This document shows, one piece after another, positions 1-9,309 of a DNA stretch of 64,000 nucleotides. Source of the stretch: an uncultured Candidatus Saccharibacteria bacterium (GTDB lineage: Bacteria; Patescibacteriota; Saccharimonadia; Saccharimonadales; EFPC-124); assembly GCA_965225085.1 (NCBI GenBank), contig CBDDBE010000002.1, positions 95,185 through 159,184 of the forward strand, read 5' to 3'. Each line of letters starts with the position of its first letter. The stretch's first letter is position 1. A program made the translations under genes and the position numbers. A model generated the notes under the pieces. That model made no database searches and was not told where the DNA came from. It worked only from the letters and a program-made list of their open reading frames with translations.

Positions 1-2455
1 CTCCAAGTGACCTTGACTGCGGTTGAGGCGCAGGGGCGGCCGCTGGTGGTGCCATAGAGCCTTGGATGTGTGCTTGGATTATCTCCTTTGGTGTTGCGTA
101 GAGGCGACGTGTATTCTGAACGATTTGCGGCATGTAGTCCGTCTGCGATGGCGGTATGGTCAGGGTGGTTGCCGAGAACGCCGGTACCTTTTCCCCCTTA
201 ATGACCATACTGATGATGAAATGGCGGTTGTGCATCTGCATGAGGTCCTCGGGCAGGAACTGCGGCGCAAATGGTTTGCCTAGCACGGGTGCATCATCGG
301 CGCTGACGCGCATGCTTATCATGGTTCCGACGTTGCCGAAAACGGCGTCGCGAACAGTGTCCTGCATCTGCGAGACATATTGGTTCGCGACGGTCAGGTT
401 AAGGCCGTATTTGCGGGCCTCGCTAAGGATCGTGGCAAACGAATCGGTCGCGAAGTTTTGAAACTCGTCAACGTACAGATAGAACGGCCGTCGATCATCA
501 ATGTTTGGGATGTCTGCCCTACTCATGGCTGCCAGCTGGATCTTGATAACCAGGAACGCGCCCAAGATTGAGGCGTTGTCCTCACCTAGCAGACCTTTGC
601 TGAGGTTCACGATAAGGATTTTACCCTCGTCCATGATCTTTCTAATGTTGAACGTCGACTTTGGCTGGCCGATGATGTTACGAATAATTGGATTGGCAGT
701 AAAGGCACCGACTTTGTTAAGCACTGGCGCGATGGCTTCTGCCTGGAATTTGTCGTTCCAGCTGTTGAACTCGATTTGCCAGAAGTTCAGTACAACCGTG
801 TCCTGCACATGGCTCAGGACTTGCTTGCGGAATGTTTTGTCGGTTAGCATACGGGTAATGTCGAGCATGGTGGTGTCCGGATAATCCAAAAGTGCCAGAA
901 TGGTGTAGCGCAGGATGTACTCCAGCCGTGGACCCCAGCTTTCGCCAAACATACGCTTCATGACGCCGATAATTTCGGAGCTGATATTATTCTTCAGCGC
1001 AGGGTCTGGCACTTCCATTGGGTTGAATCCCATTGGGAAGCCCGTGTCAGCGGGGTTGAAGTACACGACATCCTCGACACGCGATGCGGGCACGAAGCGC
1101 AGGTTATTCACCGCAAAGTCACCGTGCGGGTCGATGATAGCGTAGCCTTGGTTGTGAAAGACGTCGCTCAGCGCAAATAGCTCTAGCAGTCCGGATTTAC
1201 CGGTTCCTGTTTGGCCAATGACGTAGATATGTCGTCCGCGGTCCGAGCGGTACAAACCGAACTGTTGGTTGATACCACGGAAATTGGTCAGGCCAAAGGC
1301 GCTAATTTCGCTGTCGTGTTCGTCATTGCCGGTGATAACGGGTAGCTTAGACGGCGGTTCGGCAGTTTTGCTGCTGGCCCACACGATGTTGGGTGTCTCG
1401 ACGTTAGTGTGTGGCAAGTGGTAGAGGCTGGCGAGCTCCTCAATGTTCAGAATATAGCCTCGGTCGATAAAGAATCGTGCTCGGTATTGGGCGACGCCCT
1501 CTGCGTCATATGTAGCGTCTTTCTGCTGGAAGCCGTTGAGGTTAGTGCTGTTGAACTGCTTGAAGGTGCCGACGATAGCCTGCATGCGCAACCGGGCTGT
1601 GGTGGCATCATCACCAAGGTACGTGATGCGGACTTTGACCTGGTAACCTAGTTTGGTGCTCTTCTTCTCTACCTCGCTGATGCGGCCTTTGTCGCGTTCG
1701 CTGACCTCGACTGGGGATTTTGCTTTGTCTTCTGGTGGTTTGGCTAGCGCGGCAAGCGCCTGTAGGGCGTAGAACCCAATGCTCCCCAGTATGTCACTGC
1801 TGCTCTTGGCGCGGCCGCTTTTGACGCTGCTGACGTAGCTGCTAGCTTTGCGGTGCCAGTCGTCAGGAATTGGCCGAGCCAGGACTTGAATCCACATTTC
1901 TTCGTCGGCGGCTTCGAGTTTGGCGAGTGTTGCCGTAATAGCGGCGAGTGGGTCCACCTCGAAGCTCTGGAAGGTTTTGACTGGCAACACTTCGTTGTCC
2001 GTCAGGCTTAGCTCGGCGGTGTATTTGACCTGTTGAGTGAGGTCACGTGCGGCGTAGTCCTCCTCTGCTTCGTGGATCTGGACGGTTGGGTACTGGGCAT
2101 ACACCTGGCCTTCGACAAAGTTCTGGAGGTACTTTGGCACCCATACATAAAATCGGATCTGCTTACTGATTGCTGCGATCTCGAAACTGATGTGCTCTTG
2201 TAAACCACCCTGTGCAGCGAGCTCACGTCGCGAGCGCAAGATACCATGAAGGCTCGCAAACATCTGCTCGGCGGCCAGCTCTTGCTTGTCATTTGTTCGT
2301 GGAATCTCGAGTACTAAAAGTGTGTGCTCCATCTCGAGAAGAGTCTGGGCGCGACGGTTATTGCGAAACGCAAAATAGCCCAACACGGCGACAACCGGAA
2401 GCCAGATATACCATTTGCTCAGCAAACTAAGCAGCAAAGAAAATAATGAGTCCAT
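1..2455 (-). CDS. VirD4/TraD/HerA-like P-loop ATPase with N-terminal membrane anchor (CPR type IV secretion DNA-binding domain protein); 3' end runs off the window
   Basis: Absent from the ORF track; translated by hand from ATG 2455 (MDSLFSLLLSLLSKWYIWLPVV...). Walker A IGQTGTGKS, IIDPHGD, Walker B FYLYVDEFQNF and LSEARKYGL motifs; no stop seen before the window edge. Confidence 0.9.
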   Translation of the reverse strand, partial: MDSLFSLLLSLLSKWYIWLPVVAVLGYFAFRNNRRAQTLLEMEHTLLVLEIPRTNDKQELAAEQMFASLHGILRSRRELAAQGGLQEHISFEIAAISKQIRFYVWVPKYLQNFVEGQVYAQYPTVQIHEAEEDYAARDLTQQVKYTAELSLTDNEVLPVKTFQSFEVDPLAAITATLAKLEAADEEMWIQVLARPIPDDWHRKASSYVSSVKSGRAKSSSDILGSIGFYALQALAALAKPPEDKAKSPVEVSERDKGRISEVEKKSTKLGYQVKVRITYLGDDATTARLRMQAIVGTFKQFNSTNLNGFQQKDATYDAEGVAQYRARFFIDRGYILNIEELASLYHLPHTNVETPNIVWASSKTAEPPSKLPVITGNDEHDSEISAFGLTNFRGINQQFGLYRSDRGRHIYVIGQTGTGKSGLLELFALSDVFHNQGYAIIDPHGDFAVNNLRFVPASRVEDVVYFNPADTGFPMGFNPMEVPDPALKNNISSEIIGVMKRMFGESWGPRLEYILRYTILALLDYPDTTMLDITRMLTDKTFRKQVLSHVQDTVVLNFWQIEFNSWNDKFQAEAIAPVLNKVGAFTANPIIRNIIGQPKSTFNIRKIMDEGKILIVNLSKGLLGEDNASILGAFLVIKIQLAAMSRADIPNIDDRRPFYLYVDEFQNFATDSFATILSEARKYGLNLTVANQYVSQMQDTVRDAVFGNVGTMISMRVSADDAPVLGKPFAPQFLPEDLMQMHNRHFIISMVIKGEKVPAFSATTLTIPPSQTDYMPQIVQNTRRLYATPKEIIQAHIQGSMAPPAAAPAPQPQSRSLG

Positions 2456-2515
2456 ACCACTAATGATTATTGTCTCGCAATTTGCCCGCCAGCGCAATCG
2501 CGGCTGTCGTCAGCC

Positions 2516-3595
2516 CTAATTGGCGGCGGGTTGCTCGGCGAGAGTGTACGTAGCCTTTGCGACTCGTTTGAACCGAGTCTTGCCCTGCAGATTAAGCAGG
2601 ATTGTTGTTTCTTTGACCTGGCGGTGCTTGAGCACTCGTCGAACGATTTCGTCGCGGTGCAGCGCCCCGCCCTCTTTCTTGAGGATGTCGCTGATGATGT
2701 CGGCGACGGTTCCCTTTTGGAAGCCCCACTCCTTGAGCGCATAAATGCCACGGCCGATCAGCACAAACCGACCGTCCTTGATGAGCTCGTTGTGGATCGC
2801 CTGAGTTGTGACGTCTTTGCGTTTGAAGTCTGAGTCCTTGATGGCACGCGCGATGTCGCTAAAGTGCATAGGCTTGCCAGAATCCTGCAGAATGACGTAG
2901 ATTTTGTCGCGAATATTCTTTGGGTTGACCGTTGGCCACTTGGCAAGACCCCATTTGCCCTTGAGGGTAGCAAGGTTTTTGCTGACGCTCGCAAGTGCAC
3001 GAACGTGATCTGGGTGATCTTGATTGACCTTTTCGTGTAAGTCCTCGGCAGTTAGGGGCTGGCCATGCTTCTTGATGGTGTCAACCAGCTCGTCGACTGA
3101 TTTCTTGATTTGCTTTTCGTCGTATTGTTCTTTGAGGCCAACAGAATGATGATATAAGTCGTTTTCTTCGACGACAGCCAGGCGTGGAGCCAGCTCGGCC
3201 AGAAATGCAACGTGAGCGCGGTCACGCTCGCTTGCGTCGGTCGTTGTCTTGGCGGTTAGCTCGCTAACGCGGGCGATGCCACCAAGGTCGTATAGATGGC
3301 GAACGAAGACCTTCTCGAGCCGGTCGACGTGTGGCAAGCTGTCCTCGGCTGAGATCTTCAGGCGAATCATAATTGCCTTCTCTAGCTGCCGGACTCGTTC
3401 GCGGGTAATACCAAGAAGCTCGCCGATCTGCTCGAGAGTTTCCTTGCGGTCGTACAAGCCAAAACGCCGCGCAATGATCTCACGCTCACGCTCACGCTCG
3501 ATGGTGTTCAGGATATCTTTAACCGCGCTAGTAATGTCTAACGCCGGGGCATCGATGGCTTCGCTCATGGAGAATTTTCGTTCCTTTACCTGCAT
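2516..3595 (-). CDS. Sigma-70 region 4 HTH fused to winged-HTH (RNAP delta/HARE-HTH-like) domains
   Basis: ETLEQIGELLGITRERVRQLEK is a region-4 motif; C-terminal KPMHFSDI...IHNELIKDGRFVLIGRGIYAL. Start could be 3595 or 3568. Confidence 0.8.
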   Translation of the reverse strand: MQVKERKFSMSEAIDAPALDITSAVKDILNTIEREREREIIARRFGLYDRKETLEQIGELLGITRERVRQLEKAIMIRLKISAEDSLPHVDRLEKVFVRHLYDLGGIARVSELTAKTTTDASERDRAHVAFLAELAPRLAVVEENDLYHHSVGLKEQYDEKQIKKSVDELVDTIKKHGQPLTAEDLHEKVNQDHPDHVRALASVSKNLATLKGKWGLAKWPTVNPKNIRDKIYVILQDSGKPMHFSDIARAIKDSDFKRKDVTTQAIHNELIKDGRFVLIGRGIYALKEWGFQKGTVADIISDILKKEGGALHRDEIVRRVLKHRQVKETTILLNLQGKTRFKRVAKATYTLAEQPAAN

Positions 3596-3974
3596 GTTAT
3601 TTTGAATTATAAAACAAATATTGGTAAGAGTCAAATAGTTCTTGATCTATGTTTATTATAGCATGAAGTAGACTGTGTTTGTAGACTATGCCATGAAACT
3701 TTTTTAGGTACTAAAATATGATGTGGCATACACGTAATAGCTACGTGGTAGCCTTGTGCAGAGGGCGATTATGCGTGAAGCATAAATTTGACTATAGTAT
3801 GTTTTTTGAATGTGCGCAATATCGCTTATGTATGTTATTTGATAAACGTGCATAGTGCGTACAGATTACGAAAGGTGTTGAGGGAGATGTCGTAGTTGAA
3901 ATATTTATTTTTTAGTGTATAGTATTCGATTAGTTGAGCGGTGTTAGAGCTGCTCACATGACAGAGGAGACGGC

Positions 3975-4466
3975 ATGGCTAAGTCCAAGTTGCTCATCCA
4001 GCTGACCATCGCTGCTGCGGCACGGAGCGTGCTGCGCGACCGTGATGGCACGCAGGAGGCACAGGGCGCGCTGGCGTACTTCATCGGTGCATCGAACAGG
4101 GTGCCGACCGGTGATGCTTCGCTCGAGGCCTACGCCCGCGCCTGCACGACCGAGAACGAGCAGCCGAAGGACTTCCTGGCGGCGCGTGACGCGCTGCTGG
4201 CGGTTCTGGTGGCGAAGAAGGTGACGAGCCTTCCGACTTCGGTTGCGGAGCGGATGCTCCTGCCGGAAGAGATCGTCGATGGTGGTGTGATCATCCCCTT
4301 CCGCGGTCTTTCCGGACGGAAGCGCAAGCTGTTCACCTTCAAGGTGACTGCCGAGACGCCGATGCAGCCTCGGCAGCACGAGGTGCGTTCGCCGGCTCGT
4401 ACGAGGCGTCGCATGGGTTTGGCCGTTCCGCCGCGGGTCGCTGAGGCTTGGTGGCCGATCGGCTGA
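3975..4466 (+). CDS. Hypothetical GC-rich orphan protein
   Basis: 163-aa ORF; SD GAGGAG just upstream; AT-rich promoter region containing TATAGT; hairpin downstream. Confidence 0.65.
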   Translation: MAKSKLLIQLTIAAAARSVLRDRDGTQEAQGALAYFIGASNRVPTGDASLEAYARACTTENEQPKDFLAARDALLAVLVAKKVTSLPTSVAERMLLPEEIVDGGVIIPFRGLSGRKRKLFTFKVTAETPMQPRQHEVRSPARTRRRMGLAVPPRVAEAWWPIG

Positions 4467-4496
4467 TGCGGTTTGCGGGTCAGATTCTCCTCTGTC

Positions 4497-4541
4497 CCGC
4501 ACCCAGAGATGCAAAAGTATCATTTGCGTTTGTGGGTGCGG
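4497..4541. terminator. Hairpin between the convergent orphan and topA
   Basis: CCGCACCCA...TGGGTGCGG inverted repeat with inner GATGCAAA/TTTGCGTT pairing. Confidence 0.55.
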
Positions 4542-4544
4542 TAT

Positions 4545-6989
4545 CTACTTCTTTTTTGACGCGCGCTTTTTGGCAGCTGGCGCACTTGGTTTGCGTCGGC
4601 CGCGGCCGCGTGGTGAGGTTGGCGCAGCGTCCAGGAGCTCCTTGGCTTGTTCGAGCGTGACGTCTGCTGGCTCGGTATCTTTGGGGATTTTGGCGTTTTT
4701 CTTGCCGTCAGTTATGTAGGGACCAAAGCGGCCATTGAGTACTTTGATATCTGTACCTTCAAATTCCTTGATGTTGCGGGCAGCGCGCTTCTCGGCGTCC
4801 TCTCGTATCAGCTCTAGGGCTGTCTCGAGGCTGATGTCGTGTGGGTCGTGCCCCTTGATGGACACGTAGCTGCTGCCAATCTTGACATATGGCCCAAATC
4901 GACCAATGTTCGCAAGTATGATGTTACCGTTGGCGTCTTCGCCAAGCTGGCGTGGCAATTCGAACAGTTTCATAGCTTCGTCAAAGGTGATGTTGTCGAC
5001 GGTTTTGCCATTGGTGATGCTGGCAAACTTGGGCTTCTCTTCATCCTCAGCATTGCCTATCTGAACCATTGGCCCAAATCGACCAAAGCGGGCGCTGACT
5101 GGCCTACCGGTCTTGGGGTCGGTTCCCAGCACGCGAGCTTGGGCGGCTTCGGCGCGGGAAATGTCAGCTGATTTTTCAACGGTTTCGTGGAACGGTCCGT
5201 AGAAGGCGGCGAGCATCTTCTGCCAGGCTAGTTTGCCGTCGGCGATGTGGTCGAATTCGCCCTCGACGTCTTTGGTGAAGTCGTAGTTGACGATGTTGCT
5301 GAAGTTCTTGGATAGGAAATCAGTGACGACGCTGCCGGTGCTGGTAGGGACGAGTTTGTTGCGGTCAGGGGCGGTGAGCTCGATTTTTTGTTCGCGAATA
5401 ATGTTGGCACTAATCTGCTCGGTTTGCACAGCCCGCGGGGCCTGCTCCTCTAGGCTATCTTCCGCGCCACTCAAGGCTTCGCCATCGCCAGCCCGTCGAG
5501 CTCCGCTAAGGGGTTTGCCGCCCAAATATATTCGCACGACTTCGCGCTCCTTGCCTTCGACTTCGGTCTTTTCGACGTAGCCGCGGTCCTGGATGGTGCT
5601 GATGGTTGGGGCGTAGGTGCTTGGCCGACCGATGCCCATTTCCTCAAGCTGGCGCACCAGCGTAGCCTCGGTATAGCGAGCTGGCGGGCGGCTAAAGACT
5701 TGTTCGGCGAGAGCGCTTGTGAGCTTTAGAATGTCGCCCTGATTTACCTCTGGCAGGAGGCCTTCCTCGCCTGTTTTATTCTCGGCCCAGACTTTCAGGA
5801 AGCCGGCAAAGGTGACGATTTCGCCCTTGGCCTCGAGGATCTCCTTGGACTTTTCGAGTCCGATGGTGATGGTGGTCTTCTCGACCTGGGCATTGGACAT
5901 TTGTGAGCTAACGGCTCGTTTCCAGATGAGATCGTAGAGTTTTTGCTGCTGGGTGTCGTCCCCCGCCCCACGATTCTCCACGTGGGTAGGACGGATGGCT
6001 TCGTGCGCTTCCTGTGCGCCAGCAGACTTGGTGGTAAAGGTTCGAACTTGATGATAGTCGGCCCCGTAAGTGGCCTTGATATACTCCCCCATTGTACCGA
6101 TAGCCAGCTTGCTGAGATTGACCGAATCAGTACGCATGTAGGTGATGTGGCCGTTCTCGTACAGGCGTTGGGCCAACATCATAGTTTGCTTTGGGCTGTA
6201 GCCCAGGCGTCGCGAAGCTTCCTGTTGGAGGGTGCTGGTCGTAAAAGGCGCACCTGGGGCGCGAGTGCCCGGGGTTTTCTTGACATTCGTAATGGTGGCG
6301 ATTTCGTCGCGAAGTGCCTCAAGTAGCTTGGTAGCGTCTGCTTCGGCTTCGAATTTGGTGGGGCACTCGGCTTTTAGCTCGGTCCCGTCGCTGAGGGTGA
6401 ATAAGGCCGTTACCTTGAAGGTGGCTTTGGTCTGGAACGTCTCGATTTCGCGCTCGCGCTCGACGATAAGCCGTACGGCGACTGACTGCACGCGGCCAGC
6501 ACTGAGGCCGGTGCGGACCTTTTTCCAGAGGACGGGGCTGAGTTCGTACCCAACGATGCGGTCCAGAATGCGGCGAGCTTGCTGAGCGTCGACCAGGGCG
6601 ACGTCGATGGTGCGCGGCGTCTGAATAGCCGCCTTGATAGCTGGTTCGGTAATTTCATGAAACACGATGCGCTTGGTCTGCTTGGGATCAAGCTTGAGCA
6701 CTTCGGCCAAATGCCAGGCAATCGCCTCCCCTTCGCGGTCTTCATCGCTTGCGAGCCAGACGGTATCGGCTTCTTTCGCCGCTTTCTTTAGCTCACTTAC
6801 GACTTTCTTTTTGTCGCTGCTTACCTCATACACGGGGGTGAAGTTATTGGCAATATCGACACTCATTCCCTTTTTCGGGAGGTCGCGAATATGGCCAAAG
6901 CTACTTTTAACGACAAAATCCTTCCCAAGGAATTTACCGATGGTTTTGGCTTTGGCTGGTGACTCAACAATGACGAGGTTTTTGCTCAT
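4545..6989 (-). CDS. topA: DNA topoisomerase I
   Basis: LVIVESPAKAKTI, DEDREGEAIAWH, SAGRVQS, ITYMRTDS, GIGRPSTY; C-terminal GRFGPY repeats and a basic tail. Confidence 0.98.
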   Translation of the reverse strand: MSKNLVIVESPAKAKTIGKFLGKDFVVKSSFGHIRDLPKKGMSVDIANNFTPVYEVSSDKKKVVSELKKAAKEADTVWLASDEDREGEAIAWHLAEVLKLDPKQTKRIVFHEITEPAIKAAIQTPRTIDVALVDAQQARRILDRIVGYELSPVLWKKVRTGLSAGRVQSVAVRLIVEREREIETFQTKATFKVTALFTLSDGTELKAECPTKFEAEADATKLLEALRDEIATITNVKKTPGTRAPGAPFTTSTLQQEASRRLGYSPKQTMMLAQRLYENGHITYMRTDSVNLSKLAIGTMGEYIKATYGADYHQVRTFTTKSAGAQEAHEAIRPTHVENRGAGDDTQQQKLYDLIWKRAVSSQMSNAQVEKTTITIGLEKSKEILEAKGEIVTFAGFLKVWAENKTGEEGLLPEVNQGDILKLTSALAEQVFSRPPARYTEATLVRQLEEMGIGRPSTYAPTISTIQDRGYVEKTEVEGKEREVVRIYLGGKPLSGARRAGDGEALSGAEDSLEEQAPRAVQTEQISANIIREQKIELTAPDRNKLVPTSTGSVVTDFLSKNFSNIVNYDFTKDVEGEFDHIADGKLAWQKMLAAFYGPFHETVEKSADISRAEAAQARVLGTDPKTGRPVSARFGRFGPMVQIGNAEDEEKPKFASITNGKTVDNITFDEAMKLFELPRQLGEDANGNIILANIGRFGPYVKIGSSYVSIKGHDPHDISLETALELIREDAEKRAARNIKEFEGTDIKVLNGRFGPYITDGKKNAKIPKDTEPADVTLEQAKELLDAAPTSPRGRGRRKPSAPAAKKRASKKK

Positions 6990-7234
6990 GCTTTTCCTAA
7001 CAGGTTATATCAGCTTGCCCACTTGGTCAAAGGGAATGTACGGTTTTAAACCGTTCGATTGACTATGGTAACGAATGAGTGTATACAAATGCAAGTACTT
7101 TCGTCAACTTAGTATTTGACATTTTTGCTATAGAGAGTAAAGTAATTTACCGAAGACGCGAAGGCGGCCATCCTCCACGGATGGCCGTTTTGTTGTCTTC
7201 TTCCACTACTCTTTTGAGGAAGGAAGCGATCGGC

Positions 7235-7954
7235 ATGGTTAGTCTTAAGGCAGAAGGACCGGAAGGCTTGCTCGTGCTCGAAGGGTTGGTCGACGCGTTT
7301 AACGTCGATCCGACTCTACTGGAAGTGCTGGCTAAGGAGCTGAGCACCGCGCAGTATCAATTGAAGCAGCCAAGCCTACAGGTCCGGCCGTTTATCGGCC
7401 CCGATCAGGGCTCAATGAGCCGCATCTTCGAGCAAGTCAAAACTGGCAATCCGATTGCGCGTGCTGAGCTGCGACGCATCCGCGCGTATCACGCTGGCCG
7501 TTCTGAGGCGATTGCGCATTTCCTGTTCCAGTTTTCACCAGAGTGGGCGATGTTGCTTTTGGGCGGTCTTCGGGACACCGTCACTGACATCCAGCTGGTT
7601 GCTGGCCCCGATAGCCGTGTAGAACAGGTTCGTGTGCGGCACGAGACGATGCTCCACGAGTACGGTCTGCGCGGCTTCGATCTGTTCTTCGAGCAGATGC
7701 TGGAGATTGCGTCCTGGATGCGGGAGCATCCAAAGCAGCTGTTTGCCGAACCAGTCGTACTACAGCCCCTCACTGACGTGAACGATTTTCGTGCCGTGGG
7801 GGCGCGGTGGGCGAACTTGAAGGCCTTTTTCCACGGTTTTCCGCCGGATATGCGCCGTTCGCTTGTGAAGAGCGCTCGGCACGACCTGGTGGGCCTGCGT
7901 ATCGTATGGACAACCATGGAATCAGGGGTACTCGCGAGCGAACTGGCTCATTGA
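7235..7954 (+). CDS. Hypothetical orphan protein lying between dprA and topA
   Basis: Long ORF; TTGACA 7116-7121 and TAAAGT 7138-7143; purine-rich SD-like GAGGAAGGAAG before ATG 7235. Confidence 0.7.
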   Translation: MVSLKAEGPEGLLVLEGLVDAFNVDPTLLEVLAKELSTAQYQLKQPSLQVRPFIGPDQGSMSRIFEQVKTGNPIARAELRRIRAYHAGRSEAIAHFLFQFSPEWAMLLLGGLRDTVTDIQLVAGPDSRVEQVRVRHETMLHEYGLRGFDLFFEQMLEIASWMREHPKQLFAEPVVLQPLTDVNDFRAVGARWANLKAFFHGFPPDMRRSLVKSARHDLVGLRIVWTTMESGVLASELAH

Positions 7955-7961
7955 AGCAGTG

Positions 7962-8005
7962 AGATAGTTGCCGGCCGCCCTGAATGTGGCGGCTGGCAAC
8001 TATCT
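7962..8005. terminator. 18-bp hairpin overlapping the dprA stop codon
   Basis: AGATAGTTGCCGGCCGCC / GGCGGCTGGCAACTATCT with one G-T pair. Confidence 0.7.
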
Positions 8006-8856
8006 GATCATCCATTGATTCGCACCGAGTGCACGAATTTTTCCTTCAATCTCGAGCATTGTCATGGTTTGGCCAAATGTCGCGGCGTCTAAGCCGCTTT
8101 TTGTTTGCAGATCGTCACCCGCCCGGACTCCCTCGGTGAGAAGCTGTAAGAGGGCGTGTTGCTCGGGCGTACTACCGAATAGGGTTGTTTGCTCTGATGT
8201 ATCTGCTAGGCCAAGCTCGTGCAGGACGTCGTTTACCGATGTAATGGGAGCCGCCCGACACGTAGCAAGTTGTTGCACCCCATGCTCATGGGGCTCGTAA
8301 TATTGCCTGGCACGACCATCACCGGCCTCCCCTGTTCCAGCGCAAAATTGGCCGTGGTCAACGAACCGCTTTTGGCTGCGGCCTCGGTGATGAGTATGCC
8401 ATCGCTCAGCGCAGTTACGATGCGGTTGCGAGCTACAAAATTTGTCTTGAAGACAGGGTCCCCTGCCCCGTATTCGCTGATGAGCGCTCCTCCATTTTCG
8501 GTGATGCGCCGCGCAAGTTCACGGTGTGTCGCGGGGTGGATCGATTCGATGCTTGTCGGCAGAACGGCAATTGTGGTGCCGCCAGCATCCAGTGCTGCCT
8601 GGTGAGCAATGCCATCTACCCCAAGTGCGAGCCCACTTATGACGACAACGCCACGCTTGGCAAGCTCATAACTTAGCTGGTACGTTACCTCGCGGCCGTA
8701 CGGTGTTGGTTTGCGTGTGCCCACGATGGCAATTGCCGTCCGGCGCTCGCTCGGAAGCATACCGCACAACCATAACCTTTTAGGCATATTGGCAATGCCT
8801 GTTGTTATCTGGGTAAATGGATTATTCTCTGGTGAAAAACTATTGATATTATGCAT
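8000..8856 (-). pseudogene. dprA: DNA-processing protein DprA, split by a 1-nt frameshift (possibly an assembly error)
   Basis: AIVGTRKPTPYG, ISGLALGVDGIAH and FVARNRIV in 8233-8856; C-terminal winged helix (TMLEIEGKI) in 8000-8278; one extra G at 8254-8256 restores GCNNLLRVGAAPITSVNDVL. Confidence 0.9.
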
Positions 8857-8874
8857 GATTTATATGAAAAAGTA

Positions 8875-8903
8875 TTGACACACACGTCTGGGTGTGTTAT
8901 TTT
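8875..8903 (+). promoter_or_regulatory. Sigma70-type promoter with a palindromic spacer
   Basis: TTGACA (8875-8880), 17 nt, TATTTT (8898-8903); ACACAC-N6-GTGTGT inverted repeat at 8880-8897. Confidence 0.65.
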
Positions 8904-8909
8904 AATCCA

Positions 8910-9176
8910 CGGTGAGTTGTCTCACGCAGATGACTCAAAGCACCTTATACCCCCAAATTCTAACAATTTTGTTAGATTGCATGCAACGTGCGTTTTGAAG
9001 TTACTACCCTCCACTTCAATGCCGAGCCTCTTCGGAGGCAGCGTTGCTTGCAAACTAACCCCTTTAACCGGCGGACCTCTTATATATACGTGAGGTGGGT
9101 CACGCCAATGCCCGAAATGGGTGGGTTGAAGGGTGAAACGGCGCCAGGTGATGCCCACCCTTACCTGGCGCTTTTT
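8910..9176 (+). ncRNA. Candidate structured non-coding RNA of unknown family
   Basis: Own promoter, several helices including two three-way junctions, a UUCG tetraloop, an intrinsic terminator, and no credible ORF. Confidence 0.65.
9141..9176 (+). terminator. Rho-independent terminator
   Basis: GCGCCAGGT / ACCTGGCGC stem followed by TTTTT. Confidence 0.8.
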
Positions 9177-9202
9177 CATACGTTCGCAACAGTAGTCAGG
9201 TA

Positions 9203-9231
9203 TTGACTTTTATAGATTTTATTGATATAGT
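9203..9231 (+). promoter_or_regulatory. Sigma70-type promoter of the orphan membrane gene
   Basis: TTGACT-17 nt-TATAGT. Confidence 0.7.
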
Positions 9232-9309
9232 ATGCTTATGTTTCGTGAGGCTTTTGCTTTGCGAGGCGACACCTTAAAGCGAAGAGATTCCCCTACCTTG
9301 GAGAACAAC

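Noticed and set aside
3479-3500. CTCACG tandem repeat
   Set aside because: Only about three copies, in frame, encoding EREREREI; not a convincing phase-variation tract
3640-3960. Possible replication origin
   Set aside because: AT-rich, but no TTATCCACA-type DnaA boxes seen and no dnaA/dnaN nearby; divergent promoters explain it
8929-8998. 22-aa ORF MTQSTLYPQILTILLDCMQRAF and other short ORFs over the structured RNA
   Set aside because: No SD, the start is buried in a helix, and base-pairing explains the sequence better; a dual-function RNA cannot be fully excluded
9125-9176. T-box riboswitch (AAGGGTGAAACGGCG before a terminator)
   Set aside because: Lacks the UGGNACC bulge, and the downstream gene has its own promoter and is not amino-acid related
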